Under the pieces are notes generated by a model that was given only the letters and a program-made list of their open reading frames with translations, was not told the origin of the DNA and did not search any database. A stretch of 64,000 nt of DNA from Anaerolineales bacterium (GTDB taxonomy: Bacteria; Chloroflexota; Anaerolineae; Anaerolineales; RBG-16-64-43): contig DAOUDU010000203.1 of the NCBI GenBank assembly GCA_034430775.1, positions 12,066-76,065 on the forward strand, given 5' to 3'. Within the stretch, counting starts at the first letter, position 1. Each line of letters begins with the position of its first letter. Below are positions 16,553-25,945 of this stretch, piece by piece. Position numbers and translations under genes: made by a program.

Positions 16553-16876
16553 ATGCCGGACCCGCAGAAAGAAACCGCTTCGATCGAATTCGCTAAGGCA
16601 ATCGCCGACTCCACCCGGCAGAAGATCATGAAATTCTGCTGCTGTAATTGGCATTCCGTCACTGATATCGTGGATCACGTGCGTGTCACCCAGCCGACGG
16701 TCTCGCACCACCTGGCCATCCTGCGGGAGGCCGGCCTGGTAGACGTGCGCCCCGAGGGCAAGCAGACCTTCTATCGCTTGGACCAGAAACGGATCGTGAA
16801 TTGCTGCGGTGTGCTCGAGCACACTTTTGCACCGGAGGAAAAGGATAATCACGCCCCGGAGAAAACTCGCGGGTGA
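16553..16876 (+). CDS. arsR: ArsR/SmtB-family metalloregulator
   Basis: Winged-helix motif VTQPTVSHHLAILREAGLV. Cys cluster KFCCCNW at the position of the As(III)/metal site. Confidence 0.88.
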   Translation: MPDPQKETASIEFAKAIADSTRQKIMKFCCCNWHSVTDIVDHVRVTQPTVSHHLAILREAGLVDVRPEGKQTFYRLDQKRIVNCCGVLEHTFAPEEKDNHAPEKTRG

Positions 16877-17172
16877 TTTTTTTAAGGCGATGCATAGAAG
16901 AATTTCGATATGAAAAGATGGCGCTTGATTTCAGATTGGATTGTGGAAAGGACACGTTAACCATCCCGTCCTCCCTCCCCCATCGATTCTGAAATCTCAA
17001 AGCATGAATCCAATACCCCTCCCTCCTTCCCGTATCACGGGAAGGAGGGAGGGGCGAGGGGTGGGGGGTCAGGACGGAAGCCATCGGAAGGATGAGGGGG
17101 CAGGTGAGCGAACGGACGATCTGCAATCGGGTTTGGGGCATAAGAAAAAATTTGAGTGAAGGAGTGAATCGC

Positions 17173-17943
17173 ATGCAAAACCAAAAACCCGGGGACATCC
17201 ACTCGGCGGTGCGCGAGTTCTACGCCCGGAAGGCGCAATCCTTCGGAGAAGGGTGCTGCGGTTCCGGCGGAAGCTGTTCCTGTTCCACGCCGAAGAATTA
17301 TCCGGCGGAGGAGTTGCAGTCCCTCCCGGAAGAACTGGCAGACATAACCCTGGGGTGCGGCAACCCGATCTCAAAAATTGATATTCACCCGGGCGAGACC
17401 GTTGTGGATCTCGGATCCGGCGGCGGGTTGGATTGTTTTCTCGCTGCCCAAAAGGCCGGACCGGGCGGGCGCGTGATCGGCGTGGACATGACGCCGGAGA
17501 TGATCGAGAAGGCGCGCGCCAATGCGGCCCGGATCGGCGCCGCGAACGTTGAATTCCGGCCGGGGCAAATCGAGAAGATCCCGCTCGCCGACAGCGAGGC
17601 GGATGTCGTGATTTCCAACTGCGTAATCAACCTCTCGCCCGACAAGCCCGCCGTCTTCCGGGAAATGTTCCGTGTGCTGCGCCCCGGCGGCCGTGTCGCT
17701 GTTTCGGATATCGTCACCCGCGGGCCGATAAGCCCGCTTGTGGCGAAATCCCTCGAAAGCTGGGCGGGCTGCATCGCCGGCGCACTCGACGTGGAGGAGT
17801 ACCGGCGCGGAATGATCGACGCCGGTTTCACCGACGTGACCGTTGCCTCCGCCGATGTGACGCCCTTCTCCGGCGTGGCGCAGCGTACCGGCGGAATTCC
17901 ATTTTCCGCGATGATCACCGCGCGGAAACCGCCGCAAGCCTGA
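17173..17943 (+). CDS. arsM: Arsenite S-adenosylmethionine methyltransferase
   Basis: Start at ATG 17173 after a GAAGGAG RBS. N-terminal Cys-rich region (EGCCGSGGSCSCS). SAM motif VVDLGSGGGLD and ISNCVINL. Confidence 0.85.
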   Translation: MQNQKPGDIHSAVREFYARKAQSFGEGCCGSGGSCSCSTPKNYPAEELQSLPEELADITLGCGNPISKIDIHPGETVVDLGSGGGLDCFLAAQKAGPGGRVIGVDMTPEMIEKARANAARIGAANVEFRPGQIEKIPLADSEADVVISNCVINLSPDKPAVFREMFRVLRPGGRVAVSDIVTRGPISPLVAKSLESWAGCIAGALDVEEYRRGMIDAGFTDVTVASADVTPFSGVAQRTGGIPFSAMITARKPPQA

Positions 17944-18023
17944 TATTCCGTATTGAGGAGTGTAGTCCCCGCGTTTCGGCTGTGCTAAAATGCCTGCAAG
18001 ACGACACTTTGGAGGAGACGCCC

Positions 18024-18491
18024 ATGGAGAACAACCGACCCCGCGGAAAATATTTCGAGGAACTCACGCCCGGATTAAAAATCTACACCGCCGGACGGAC
18101 CGTCACCGAGGGCGATGTGACCGCCTTCGCCGGACTCTCGGGTGATTTCAACCAGATCCACATCGACGCCGATTATGCCGCCAAGGGGCCGTTCGGCCAG
18201 CGCGTGGCCCACGGCCTGCTTGTGCTGTCCATCGTTTCCGGGTTGGCGGTTCAAACCGGCGTTATGGACCGTACCGTCCTCGCCTTTCGGGAAATCGGCG
18301 AGTGGAAGTTCAGCCGCCCGGTCTTTTTCGGGGATACCGTGCGCTGCGAGATGGAAGTCCTCTCCACCAAGCCGTTCCCCCGCCTGGGCGGCGGCGCGGT
18401 GGAGCTCGCCCTGACGGTGAAGAATCAAAAAGACGATAGCGTCATGAGCGGGAAGTGGACCGTGCTGATTCAAAGCAAACCCGCCGCTTAA
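18024..18491 (+). CDS. MaoC-family (R)-specific enoyl-CoA hydratase/dehydratase
   Basis: Hot-dog fold signature GDFNQIHIDADYA...VAHGLL. Start at ATG 18024 after GGAGGAG. Confidence 0.85.
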   Translation: MENNRPRGKYFEELTPGLKIYTAGRTVTEGDVTAFAGLSGDFNQIHIDADYAAKGPFGQRVAHGLLVLSIVSGLAVQTGVMDRTVLAFREIGEWKFSRPVFFGDTVRCEMEVLSTKPFPRLGGGAVELALTVKNQKDDSVMSGKWTVLIQSKPAA

Positions 18492-18492
18492 G

Positions 18493-21400
18493 ATGGACGA
18501 ATCGGCCGCGGATCGTTTCCGCCGCTTACAGCGCAGCCTGGACGAGACCGGCGATTGGGACGAGGAGGATGAAGACGCCGCCTCCGCCGGCGGGGACTCT
18601 TCGCCCGGAACCGAAGCTTCCGATGGGCAGGAGGATGCGGCGTTTTCTACGCCGCAATCCCCCGACAGCGAATCCGGAGAAACCGCCCCCGACACCGAGG
18701 GCGATTCAGTAGGCTTGCCGATTCCCGGCTGGAGCGAACTACCGCCTGAGGCGGAACCTGCGGCATGGGATTCATCAAAGGTGGTGGAAAAAGCTTTAGA
18801 TGAATCCGGGGCCGGGCCGGAGTTAAAGGAAGCGCTTCCACTTAAGGATCCGTCCCGGCAGCCGCGCATCCCGCAATGGCGGGCGCGGCGGCGCACCTCC
18901 CGAACCGGGCCGCTCCCGGCCGGAAGCGAATCCTCCACCTCCGGATTTCCACGCACGAAACGATCCCGTGCCCGCGCCGCCCGCTCCTGCCTGTTCCGCA
19001 TAATCTTGACGGGTGTATTCCTTTCCACCGCGGCCCTCTTCCTCACGGCGGGATACATGCTCTACGAATATTTTCAAATTGCCTCGACCCTTCCACCGGT
19101 CGAGGACCTCCGCTCCCGCACCGCGCAATTTGAGACCACCCGCATTTTCGACCGCAACGGAAAACTCCTGTATGAAATCCTCGACCCGAATGCGGGCCGC
19201 CGGACCTACGTGCCGCTGGAACGGACCTCGCCCTACATGCTGGCGGCGACTATCGCCGCCGAGGATAAGAATTTTTTCAGCCATCCGGGATTCGATCCGA
19301 TGGGAATCCTGCGCGCCTTCACCCAGAATATTACCTCGGGAGAAACGGTCTCGGGCGCTTCCACCATCACCCAGCAGCTGGCGCGGATGGTCCTGATGAC
19401 ACCGGAGGAGCGGTCGGAAATTTCCTACATGCGTAAAGTGCGCGAGGCGCTGCTGGCGGTGGAAATCACGCGCCGGTATTCAAAGGAGGAAATCCTGGAG
19501 CTCTTCCTGAACGAAAACCCGTACGGCAACCTGGCGTACGGGGTTGAGGCGGCCGCCGAGACATACTATAAAACCACCGCCGACAAACTCACCCTCGAGC
19601 AGGCGGCGCTGCTGGCCGGTCTGCCCCAGGCGCCGTCGGTGTATGACGTATACACAAACCGCGATGCGACGCTGGAACGGCAGCGGCAGGTGCTGGTAAT
19701 GATGATTGAGGCCAGCCAGGAGCAGGGCTGCATCTTTGTCGGGAGCGGTATAGCGGAAGTGTGCGTTTCGGCCGACGAAGCCGTCGCCGCCTGGACGGCG
19801 GCGCAATCGGCCGTGTTTTATCCGCCGGATGTCTATATGCGATACCCGCACTGGGTGAACTACATCCGCCGGCAACTGGAATCGATGTACGATCCGCAAA
19901 CCATTTACCGGTCCGGATTCCAGGTGTACACCACGCTGGATCCCGGATTGCAGGATATGGCGGAGGGCGTGGTTCAGCGGCAGGTGCAGGCTCTCGCGGA
20001 TAAAAGCGTTACCGGGGGCGCGCTGGTCGCTATCCGCCCAGCCACGGGCGAGATTCTGGCGATGGTCGGATCGCCCGATTTCTATGCGCAACCGGCCGGC
20101 CAGGTTAATATGGCCATCCGCGCCCGTCAGCCGGGTTCCGCCATAAAACCGCTGACATACCTCGCCGCATTCGAAGGCGGCTGGACTCCTGCGACACTGA
20201 TCTGGGACGTGCCGACGGAATTTCCGCCTTCCAACGACCCCTACGACACCAATCCGCCCTACAAGCCTGTCAATTACGACAACAAATTTCACGGACCGGT
20301 GACGGTCCGATCGGCGTTGGCCAATTCCTACAACATCCCGGCCGTAAAAACACTGCAGGCGGTGGGTATTTATGACAATCCCGACACACCGCAAATGGAC
20401 GGGTTGATCCCCATGGCCAAACGGCTGGGGATCTCGACCCTCGTCCGGACGGATTACGGCCTCTCGCTCACCCTGGGCGGCGGAGAGGTGACGCCGCTTG
20501 AACTGACCGCGGCCTATGCGGTGATGGCCAATGGCGGCCTGAAACTGCCTCCGGTGGCGATCCTGAAAATACAAACCTTCGACGGGGATACGGTTTATGA
20601 ATATCAGCCGCCGGCCGGGGAACACGTGCTTAGCGCGGAGCATGCCTTCCTGATCTCCTCGATCCTTTCGGATAACGAGGCGCGCACGCCCATGTTCGGA
20701 GCCAACTCGGTGCTGAACCTGCCGTTCATCGCGGCGGTGAAAACCGGAACCACCAACGATTACCGCGATAATTGGGCGGTGGGGTATACGCCGGACCTGG
20801 CAGCGGGGGTGTGGGTCGGCAATCCCGACAACGCGCCGATGATCGGGACGACGGGGGTCAGCGGTGCGGCGCCGATCTGGGCGGAGTTCATGGTTAACGC
20901 CATCCAACAGATGACCGGAAACAATCCGGCTCCCTTCGTTCCGCCGCCCGGGATCATACAAAAGTTGATCTGCGCCGCAACCGGCGCGGAGCCCGGAAAA
21001 TATTGCGCCACCACGCGCTCGGAGTATTTTGTTGCGGATCAACCGCCGCTCCCTCCCGACCTGGATCTGTGGCGTGATACATGGATCGACACCTTTACCG
21101 GTTTGCGCGCCTCTGCGGCCTGCGCGGATCATATGGAACAAGCGCTGACGATTTCGGTCCGCGATACGGATGCCCGTTTATGGCTGGTTGCGGATCCCTT
21201 CGGGCGGGAGTGGGCAAAGCTGCAGGGTTTCCCGGATCCCTTGCGGTTTTATCCGGACGGCGAATGCACCGCTGAGAGTCCCCGGCCGATCCTGTCGATT
21301 GCCTCGCCCTCCGAAAACCAAACCGTCGGCGATCGGGTCCTGGAGATCCGCGGCCGGGCGGGCGCCACCCGCGAGTTCGACCATTATGCTCTGGAGTATG

Positions 21401-21810
21401 CGACCGACCGGGATCCGGATGATTGGCGGCCGATCCTGTCCTCTTCCACTACGCCCGTCACGGATACGGGAAAGCTGGCCGAGTGGAATCTCGGGGACAT
21501 CGACGACGGTTGGATGACCATCCGCTTGACCGTGTATTCCCGGCAAGGGGGCAAGGCGGACGTGAAGGTTCGCTTCCGTTTGCAAAAGCCCGTACCCACG
21601 CCGGTACCCACGCGTACGCCGACCGCCACGCCCACCGTGACGCCCACTCCGACGATAACGAATACCCCCACGGTGACGAATACTCCCACAGATACGAATG
21701 TCCCGACCGGCACTTCCACGAACACGCCATCCATAACGCCGACTTGGGCGCCCTCTTCCACAGCCACCGAAACCTCGGCTCCGACAGTCACCCAGACTCC
21801 GACCCTGTAG
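18493..21810 (+). CDS. Class A penicillin-binding protein (GT51 transglycosylase plus transpeptidase)
   Basis: GT51 motifs EDKNFFSHPGFD and GASTITQQLAR. Transpeptidase motifs SAIKP (SxxK), SYN and KTGTTND. About 170 aa of acidic/basic disordered N-terminus and a C-terminal Pro/Thr tail. Confidence 0.93.
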   Translation: MDESAADRFRRLQRSLDETGDWDEEDEDAASAGGDSSPGTEASDGQEDAAFSTPQSPDSESGETAPDTEGDSVGLPIPGWSELPPEAEPAAWDSSKVVEKALDESGAGPELKEALPLKDPSRQPRIPQWRARRRTSRTGPLPAGSESSTSGFPRTKRSRARAARSCLFRIILTGVFLSTAALFLTAGYMLYEYFQIASTLPPVEDLRSRTAQFETTRIFDRNGKLLYEILDPNAGRRTYVPLERTSPYMLAATIAAEDKNFFSHPGFDPMGILRAFTQNITSGETVSGASTITQQLARMVLMTPEERSEISYMRKVREALLAVEITRRYSKEEILELFLNENPYGNLAYGVEAAAETYYKTTADKLTLEQAALLAGLPQAPSVYDVYTNRDATLERQRQVLVMMIEASQEQGCIFVGSGIAEVCVSADEAVAAWTAAQSAVFYPPDVYMRYPHWVNYIRRQLESMYDPQTIYRSGFQVYTTLDPGLQDMAEGVVQRQVQALADKSVTGGALVAIRPATGEILAMVGSPDFYAQPAGQVNMAIRARQPGSAIKPLTYLAAFEGGWTPATLIWDVPTEFPPSNDPYDTNPPYKPVNYDNKFHGPVTVRSALANSYNIPAVKTLQAVGIYDNPDTPQMDGLIPMAKRLGISTLVRTDYGLSLTLGGGEVTPLELTAAYAVMANGGLKLPPVAILKIQTFDGDTVYEYQPPAGEHVLSAEHAFLISSILSDNEARTPMFGANSVLNLPFIAAVKTGTTNDYRDNWAVGYTPDLAAGVWVGNPDNAPMIGTTGVSGAAPIWAEFMVNAIQQMTGNNPAPFVPPPGIIQKLICAATGAEPGKYCATTRSEYFVADQPPLPPDLDLWRDTWIDTFTGLRASAACADHMEQALTISVRDTDARLWLVADPFGREWAKLQGFPDPLRFYPDGECTAESPRPILSIASPSENQTVGDRVLEIRGRAGATREFDHYALEYATDRDPDDWRPILSSSTTPVTDTGKLAEWNLGDIDDGWMTIRLTVYSRQGGKADVKVRFRLQKPVPTPVPTRTPTATPTVTPTPTITNTPTVTNTPTDTNVPTGTSTNTPSITPTWAPSSTATETSAPTVTQTPTL

Positions 21811-21929
21811 TGTTTTCACAAGCGTACCGGGAGCCTTTATCGATGGCCTGTTCTCCCCGCGCGGAAACGGCGAATATGCACCCCGGCTGATTTGGTTGAG
21901 GGGGTTGTCCTGGTTGTATAATCCCGCCC

Positions 21930-22889
21930 ATGCACTCACGGATACAAGGCGTCTGGTTTTTTTTCTTGGTGCTTTCCGGCTGTGGTACAGCCGTTCCAAC
22001 CGTGATGGACTTTCCCACCCCGGTTCGCTGGCAATCGCCGACTATTTCACCTTCCCGTTTCTTCCCGACGCGAGAGGTATCGCTGACTCCGACCCTTGCG
22101 CCGACTCCCACCCCGCAGGTGTACACCGTCCGGGCGGGGGATACCTTCGGTTCGATCGCCGCGAAATTTGGCATCACCGTCGACGCCCTGACCGGCGCCA
22201 ACCCGGGAGTGGATCCGAATGCGCTTCCGATCGGAACGGCGCTGATCATTCCCGTCAAACCGGTCGAAACCGGAACTCCGCCCCCTTCGCCGACTCCGGT
22301 GGGTTTGATCGTCGAGCCGGCAAATTGCTTTCCGGAGACCGACGGAGGGCGATGGTGCCTTGTCATGGTGGGCAATCCGGGACCGGATCCCGCCGCCGGC
22401 ATATACCTTCGATTCTCGTTGTATTCCTCCGCTGCGGCCGATCCTTCCATTTCCAAAGAGGTCGCGCTGCCCGTCACGGTCCTCCCGGCCGGCAGCCGGA
22501 CGGTTGCCGCGGCCTACTTCACTCCCGAAGAGGCGCAGGATGACATCCTGCATGTGGAACTCATCAGCGCCATCCGGTCCGCGGAGACTCCGGGCCTCCT
22601 GCCGCTGACGATTGTGAAAGAGGAAAACCGCTTCTTTTCGGATGGATTGGAACTTAGCGTTGAATTCCGGGTCGATGCCGGAGAGGAAGAAATCGCCAAC
22701 CGGCTGGATGCAGCGTTGGTGCTGCTGGATGCCAAAGGCCGGCCGATCGGATTCCGGATCCTGCGCAGCGAAGGGGAGTGGCCGCCGGGCCCGGCGCATA
22801 GCCTGACCTTGAACGCGTATGTATTGGGCGGATCCTTCAAGGATTATGAATTCATACTTCAGGCACGATCGGTGGTCTCCGCCGTTTGA
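21930..22889 (+). CDS. LysM-domain lipoprotein
   Basis: Lipobox FFLVLSGC. LysM repeat YTVRAGDTFGSIAAKFGITVDALTGANP...IGTALIIP. Confidence 0.75.
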   Translation: MHSRIQGVWFFFLVLSGCGTAVPTVMDFPTPVRWQSPTISPSRFFPTREVSLTPTLAPTPTPQVYTVRAGDTFGSIAAKFGITVDALTGANPGVDPNALPIGTALIIPVKPVETGTPPPSPTPVGLIVEPANCFPETDGGRWCLVMVGNPGPDPAAGIYLRFSLYSSAAADPSISKEVALPVTVLPAGSRTVAAAYFTPEEAQDDILHVELISAIRSAETPGLLPLTIVKEENRFFSDGLELSVEFRVDAGEEEIANRLDAALVLLDAKGRPIGFRILRSEGEWPPGPAHSLTLNAYVLGGSFKDYEFILQARSVVSAV

Positions 22890-22946
22890 AAACGCATCTT
22901 CCGATGGGCGGGTTGCCCGGATGTTTTGTACACAGAAAGGGAATAC

Positions 22947-23657
22947 ATGCCAAACGAAATCCAACAGGCGGAAATCAAAGAAAAAAACCGATGGTTTTAT
23001 TTCCTCGTACGGGCGGTCGTAAACCTGCTGGTCCGGATCCTTTTACGGGTACAGATCGTGGGACTTGAGAATGTCCCGGCGGAGGGGCCGTTTCTGTTCA
23101 CGCCCAACCATTTGAGCCAGGTCGATTCGCCGCTTTTCCTGGCGGCAATCCCGCGCCAGATGCGCGTATTCGCGGCGGAAAAATACAAACGCAATCCGTT
23201 CCTGTACATCCTTTTCGAAACCATGGGGTGCATCTGGGTGCGTCAATTCGAAGCGGATCACGAGGCGCTGCGTGAGGCGCTCCATTATCTTCGGAAAGGC
23301 GGCGTACTCGGCATCGCACCGGAAGGCACGCGCAGCCGGGAAACCCATGCCCTGTTGCGCGGCCGGGGAGGTGCATCCCTGCTGGCCAGCCGTTCGGGGG
23401 TTCCCCTGCTGCCGGTCGGGATCTGGGGTACGGAAACCGCCGTCCGCGACCTGTTGCATTTGCGGCGCGGCTTGGTCACGATCCGGATCGGCAAACTATA
23501 CCGGCTGGACATTTCCCCGCGGGCCAAGGGACAGGAATTGGATACGGCGACCGACGACCTGATGTGCGCCATCGCCGCGCTGCTTCCCCCGCAATACCGC
23601 GGGGAATACGCCGCGCATCCCCGCCTGGCATCCTGGCTGCAAGCGGCGGACGGATGA
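22947..23657 (+). CDS. plsC: 1-acyl-sn-glycerol-3-phosphate acyltransferase family protein
   Basis: NHLSQVD (HX4D) and APEGTRS motifs. ATG 22947 is preferred over the TTG at 22926. Confidence 0.85.
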   Translation: MPNEIQQAEIKEKNRWFYFLVRAVVNLLVRILLRVQIVGLENVPAEGPFLFTPNHLSQVDSPLFLAAIPRQMRVFAAEKYKRNPFLYILFETMGCIWVRQFEADHEALREALHYLRKGGVLGIAPEGTRSRETHALLRGRGGASLLASRSGVPLLPVGIWGTETAVRDLLHLRRGLVTIRIGKLYRLDISPRAKGQELDTATDDLMCAIAALLPPQYRGEYAAHPRLASWLQAADG

Positions 23658-24406
23658 GTATCGCGCCGCTTCCCCCGGAAGCACGAACCGGCTTGCGCAT
23701 GCTCCTGGATCCGGGCCGCGCCGGCGATGCGATGGCGTCGTATTACGCGCTTTCCCATCCCGCCGCCAAAACCAAGTTGTGGGTGCACCGATCCCCCGCC
23801 GGCCGGCAGGATGGCTTTATCCTCCGGGCTCAGACCGGCATGGACCTCTTCCGGCCGCTGGTGACTCTGCGAGCGCCGGATGCCGAAGCGGCGGGAGAAC
23901 TCCTCGCCGCGGCTTTTCCCGCGGCACAGGCGGCGATGTTCTCCTTTCCCGAATCACTGGGGTTGTGGGTGCTGCCGCTCCTTTCGGCGGAGACGATGAT
24001 GCAGCTTCGGATGCTGCGGCTGAATCCCGCACGGCTGGAACCCCTGATTAACATACTGGTTCAACGCACCAATTCCCCGGGCGGGTCGCCGCGCTACGAG
24101 ATCCGGAATGAAAACCGGCTGCTTGCGGCGGCCGGCGTGAACTGGCAGTCTGCGGATTGGGCGGAAATTTTTGTCCAGACCGATCCGGACGTGCGCGAAC
24201 GGGGATACGGCCGGTCGGTGTGCGCCGCGCTCTGCCGCGATCTTCTGGATATGAAAAAATCCGTCCTGTATGCTGTTGAGGAGAAGAATGCCGCATCGAT
24301 ACGGCTGGCGACCGGGATCGGATTTGAAGATACGGGCGAACGTGAGATTCTATGCACCGGTTCCGTGCACCCGGCATCAGCGACTCCGGGTAAAAACTCT
24401 CAATAA
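23654..24406 (+). CDS. Putative GNAT-family N-acetyltransferase
   Basis: ATGA overlap with plsC. The C-terminal VRERGYGRSVCAALCRDLL...SIRLATGIGFEDTG resembles the acetyl-CoA binding motif A. Confidence 0.5.
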   Translation: MSIAPLPPEARTGLRMLLDPGRAGDAMASYYALSHPAAKTKLWVHRSPAGRQDGFILRAQTGMDLFRPLVTLRAPDAEAAGELLAAAFPAAQAAMFSFPESLGLWVLPLLSAETMMQLRMLRLNPARLEPLINILVQRTNSPGGSPRYEIRNENRLLAAAGVNWQSADWAEIFVQTDPDVRERGYGRSVCAALCRDLLDMKKSVLYAVEEKNAASIRLATGIGFEDTGEREILCTGSVHPASATPGKNSQ

Positions 24407-24430
24407 TCGGTATACTGAAAAAGGAATTCG

Positions 24431-24538
24431 CGAAGGGCACGAAGAACACGGATAAAATTACGGAAGGGTTACTTCCGGAGGTTTTTCCAGTTTCTGTTTT
24501 CCTTCGTGTCCTTCAGATCCACTTCGTGCTCTCCGTGG
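24431..24538. repeat. Copy of the CACGAAG/ACAAAG hairpin repeat (family 1)
   Basis: GGGCACGAAGAACACGG ... CCTTCGTGTCCTTC...CCACTTCGTGCTCTCCGTGG. Related to the units at 461-768, 33531-33660 and 56806-56833. Confidence 0.6.
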
Positions 24539-24557
24539 AAAAATCCGGGAGGCCGGC

Positions 24558-25883
24558 ATGATCGAAGCGGCGTTTCATTTTCCAAATGGATTTCTCTGGG
24601 GAACCGCGACGTCCTCCCATCAAGTGGAAGGGGGAAACCGCTTGAACGATTGGTGGGCCTGGGAGGGGCAGCCCGGGCGCATCCTGCGCGGTGATCGCTC
24701 CGGCCTGGCTTGTGATTGGTGGGGCGGCCGATGGAAGGAAGACCTGGACCGGGCGGCGGCGGGCGGGCAGACCGCCCACCGGCTGTCGGTCGAGTGGAGC
24801 CGGATCGAACCGGAGCCCGGACGCTGGGATCCGCATGCGCTGGATTTCTACCGGGAAGTCCTCTCCGGTATGCATGCACGGGGGATCGAGCCGATGGTGA
24901 CGCTGCACCATTTCACCAATCCCTTTTGGCTGGCGGAGCAGGGCGGTTGGGAAAATGAAAATGTCGTCGCCCGGTTTGAAACCTTCACACGCAAAACGGT
25001 CGCGGTGCTCAAGGATCTGACGGACTTCTGGTGCACGATCAACGAGCCGAACATTTATATTTACCTGGCCTATAGCACCGGTGATTTTCCGCCGGGGAAG
25101 AAGGATATCCGGGCCGCGTTCCGCGTGATGCGGAATCAGATCTTTGCCCACGCCGCCGCGTATTATGCGATCCATGAAATCCAGCCGGAGGCCAGGGTCG
25201 GGATCGCCATCCAATACCGCCCCCTCATTCCCCATACCGCCAATCCCCTGGACGGAGTGGTCGCGCGGATACAATCAAGAATTTCCAACGATCTTTTTCC
25301 GAGGGCGCTGCAGGATGGCCGGTTGCGCTTCCCGCTGCGCCGGGAGCACGCGGCCAAGGTCGCCCATACGCAAGATTACCTTGGCTTGAATTATTATTCC
25401 TGCGATCACGTCTCGTTCGATCTGAGCAAGGCGGGCGAACTGTTCGGACGCCGTTTTTACCCGGAAGGCGCCGATCTCAGCGATATCGGCTGGAACGCCA
25501 ACATCCCCGAAGGAATGGCTCGCGCGATCCGCTGGGCAAATACCTTCGGCCTTCCGATTTACATAACCGAGAACGGCATTGAGGACGAGACCGACCGCAT
25601 CCGTCCGCGGTATCTGGTGCAGCATCTTCATCAGGCGTGGAAGGCGGCGAATACCGGTGTTCCCATCCGCGGGTATTTTCACTGGAGCCTGGTCGATAAT
25701 TTCGAATGGGAACGGGGCTGGACCCAGCGCTTCGGGTTATGGGCGCTGAATCCGGAGACGCAGCAGCGGACCGAGCGTCCGTCGGCCAGGTTGTACGCCG
25801 AAATCTGCCGGGAGAACGGCATCACCAGCGACATGGTCCGGCGTTTCGCCCCGGAGGTTTTCCCGGTTTTGTTTCCCGGATAA
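24558..25883 (+). CDS. GH1 beta-glucosidase
   Basis: FLWGTATSSHQVEGG. TINEPN (acid/base Glu), YITENG (nucleophile Glu) and HWSLVDNFEWERGW. Confidence 0.93.
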   Translation: MIEAAFHFPNGFLWGTATSSHQVEGGNRLNDWWAWEGQPGRILRGDRSGLACDWWGGRWKEDLDRAAAGGQTAHRLSVEWSRIEPEPGRWDPHALDFYREVLSGMHARGIEPMVTLHHFTNPFWLAEQGGWENENVVARFETFTRKTVAVLKDLTDFWCTINEPNIYIYLAYSTGDFPPGKKDIRAAFRVMRNQIFAHAAAYYAIHEIQPEARVGIAIQYRPLIPHTANPLDGVVARIQSRISNDLFPRALQDGRLRFPLRREHAAKVAHTQDYLGLNYYSCDHVSFDLSKAGELFGRRFYPEGADLSDIGWNANIPEGMARAIRWANTFGLPIYITENGIEDETDRIRPRYLVQHLHQAWKAANTGVPIRGYFHWSLVDNFEWERGWTQRFGLWALNPETQQRTERPSARLYAEICRENGITSDMVRRFAPEVFPVLFPG

Positions 25884-25945
25884 ATCCCGCACAAGCATCC
25901 GGGGGTGCGCGATCATCTCACATTTCATGCTTTAAGGATGGGACC

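Noticed and set aside
16253-16852. 199-aa minus-strand ORF overlapping arsR
   Set aside because: It is opposite a clear ArsR winged-helix gene and extends through the promoter and repeat region.
19480-21141. 553-aa minus-strand ORF
   Set aside because: Antisense to the PBP transpeptidase region, whose SxxK/SxN/KTG motifs confirm the plus frame.
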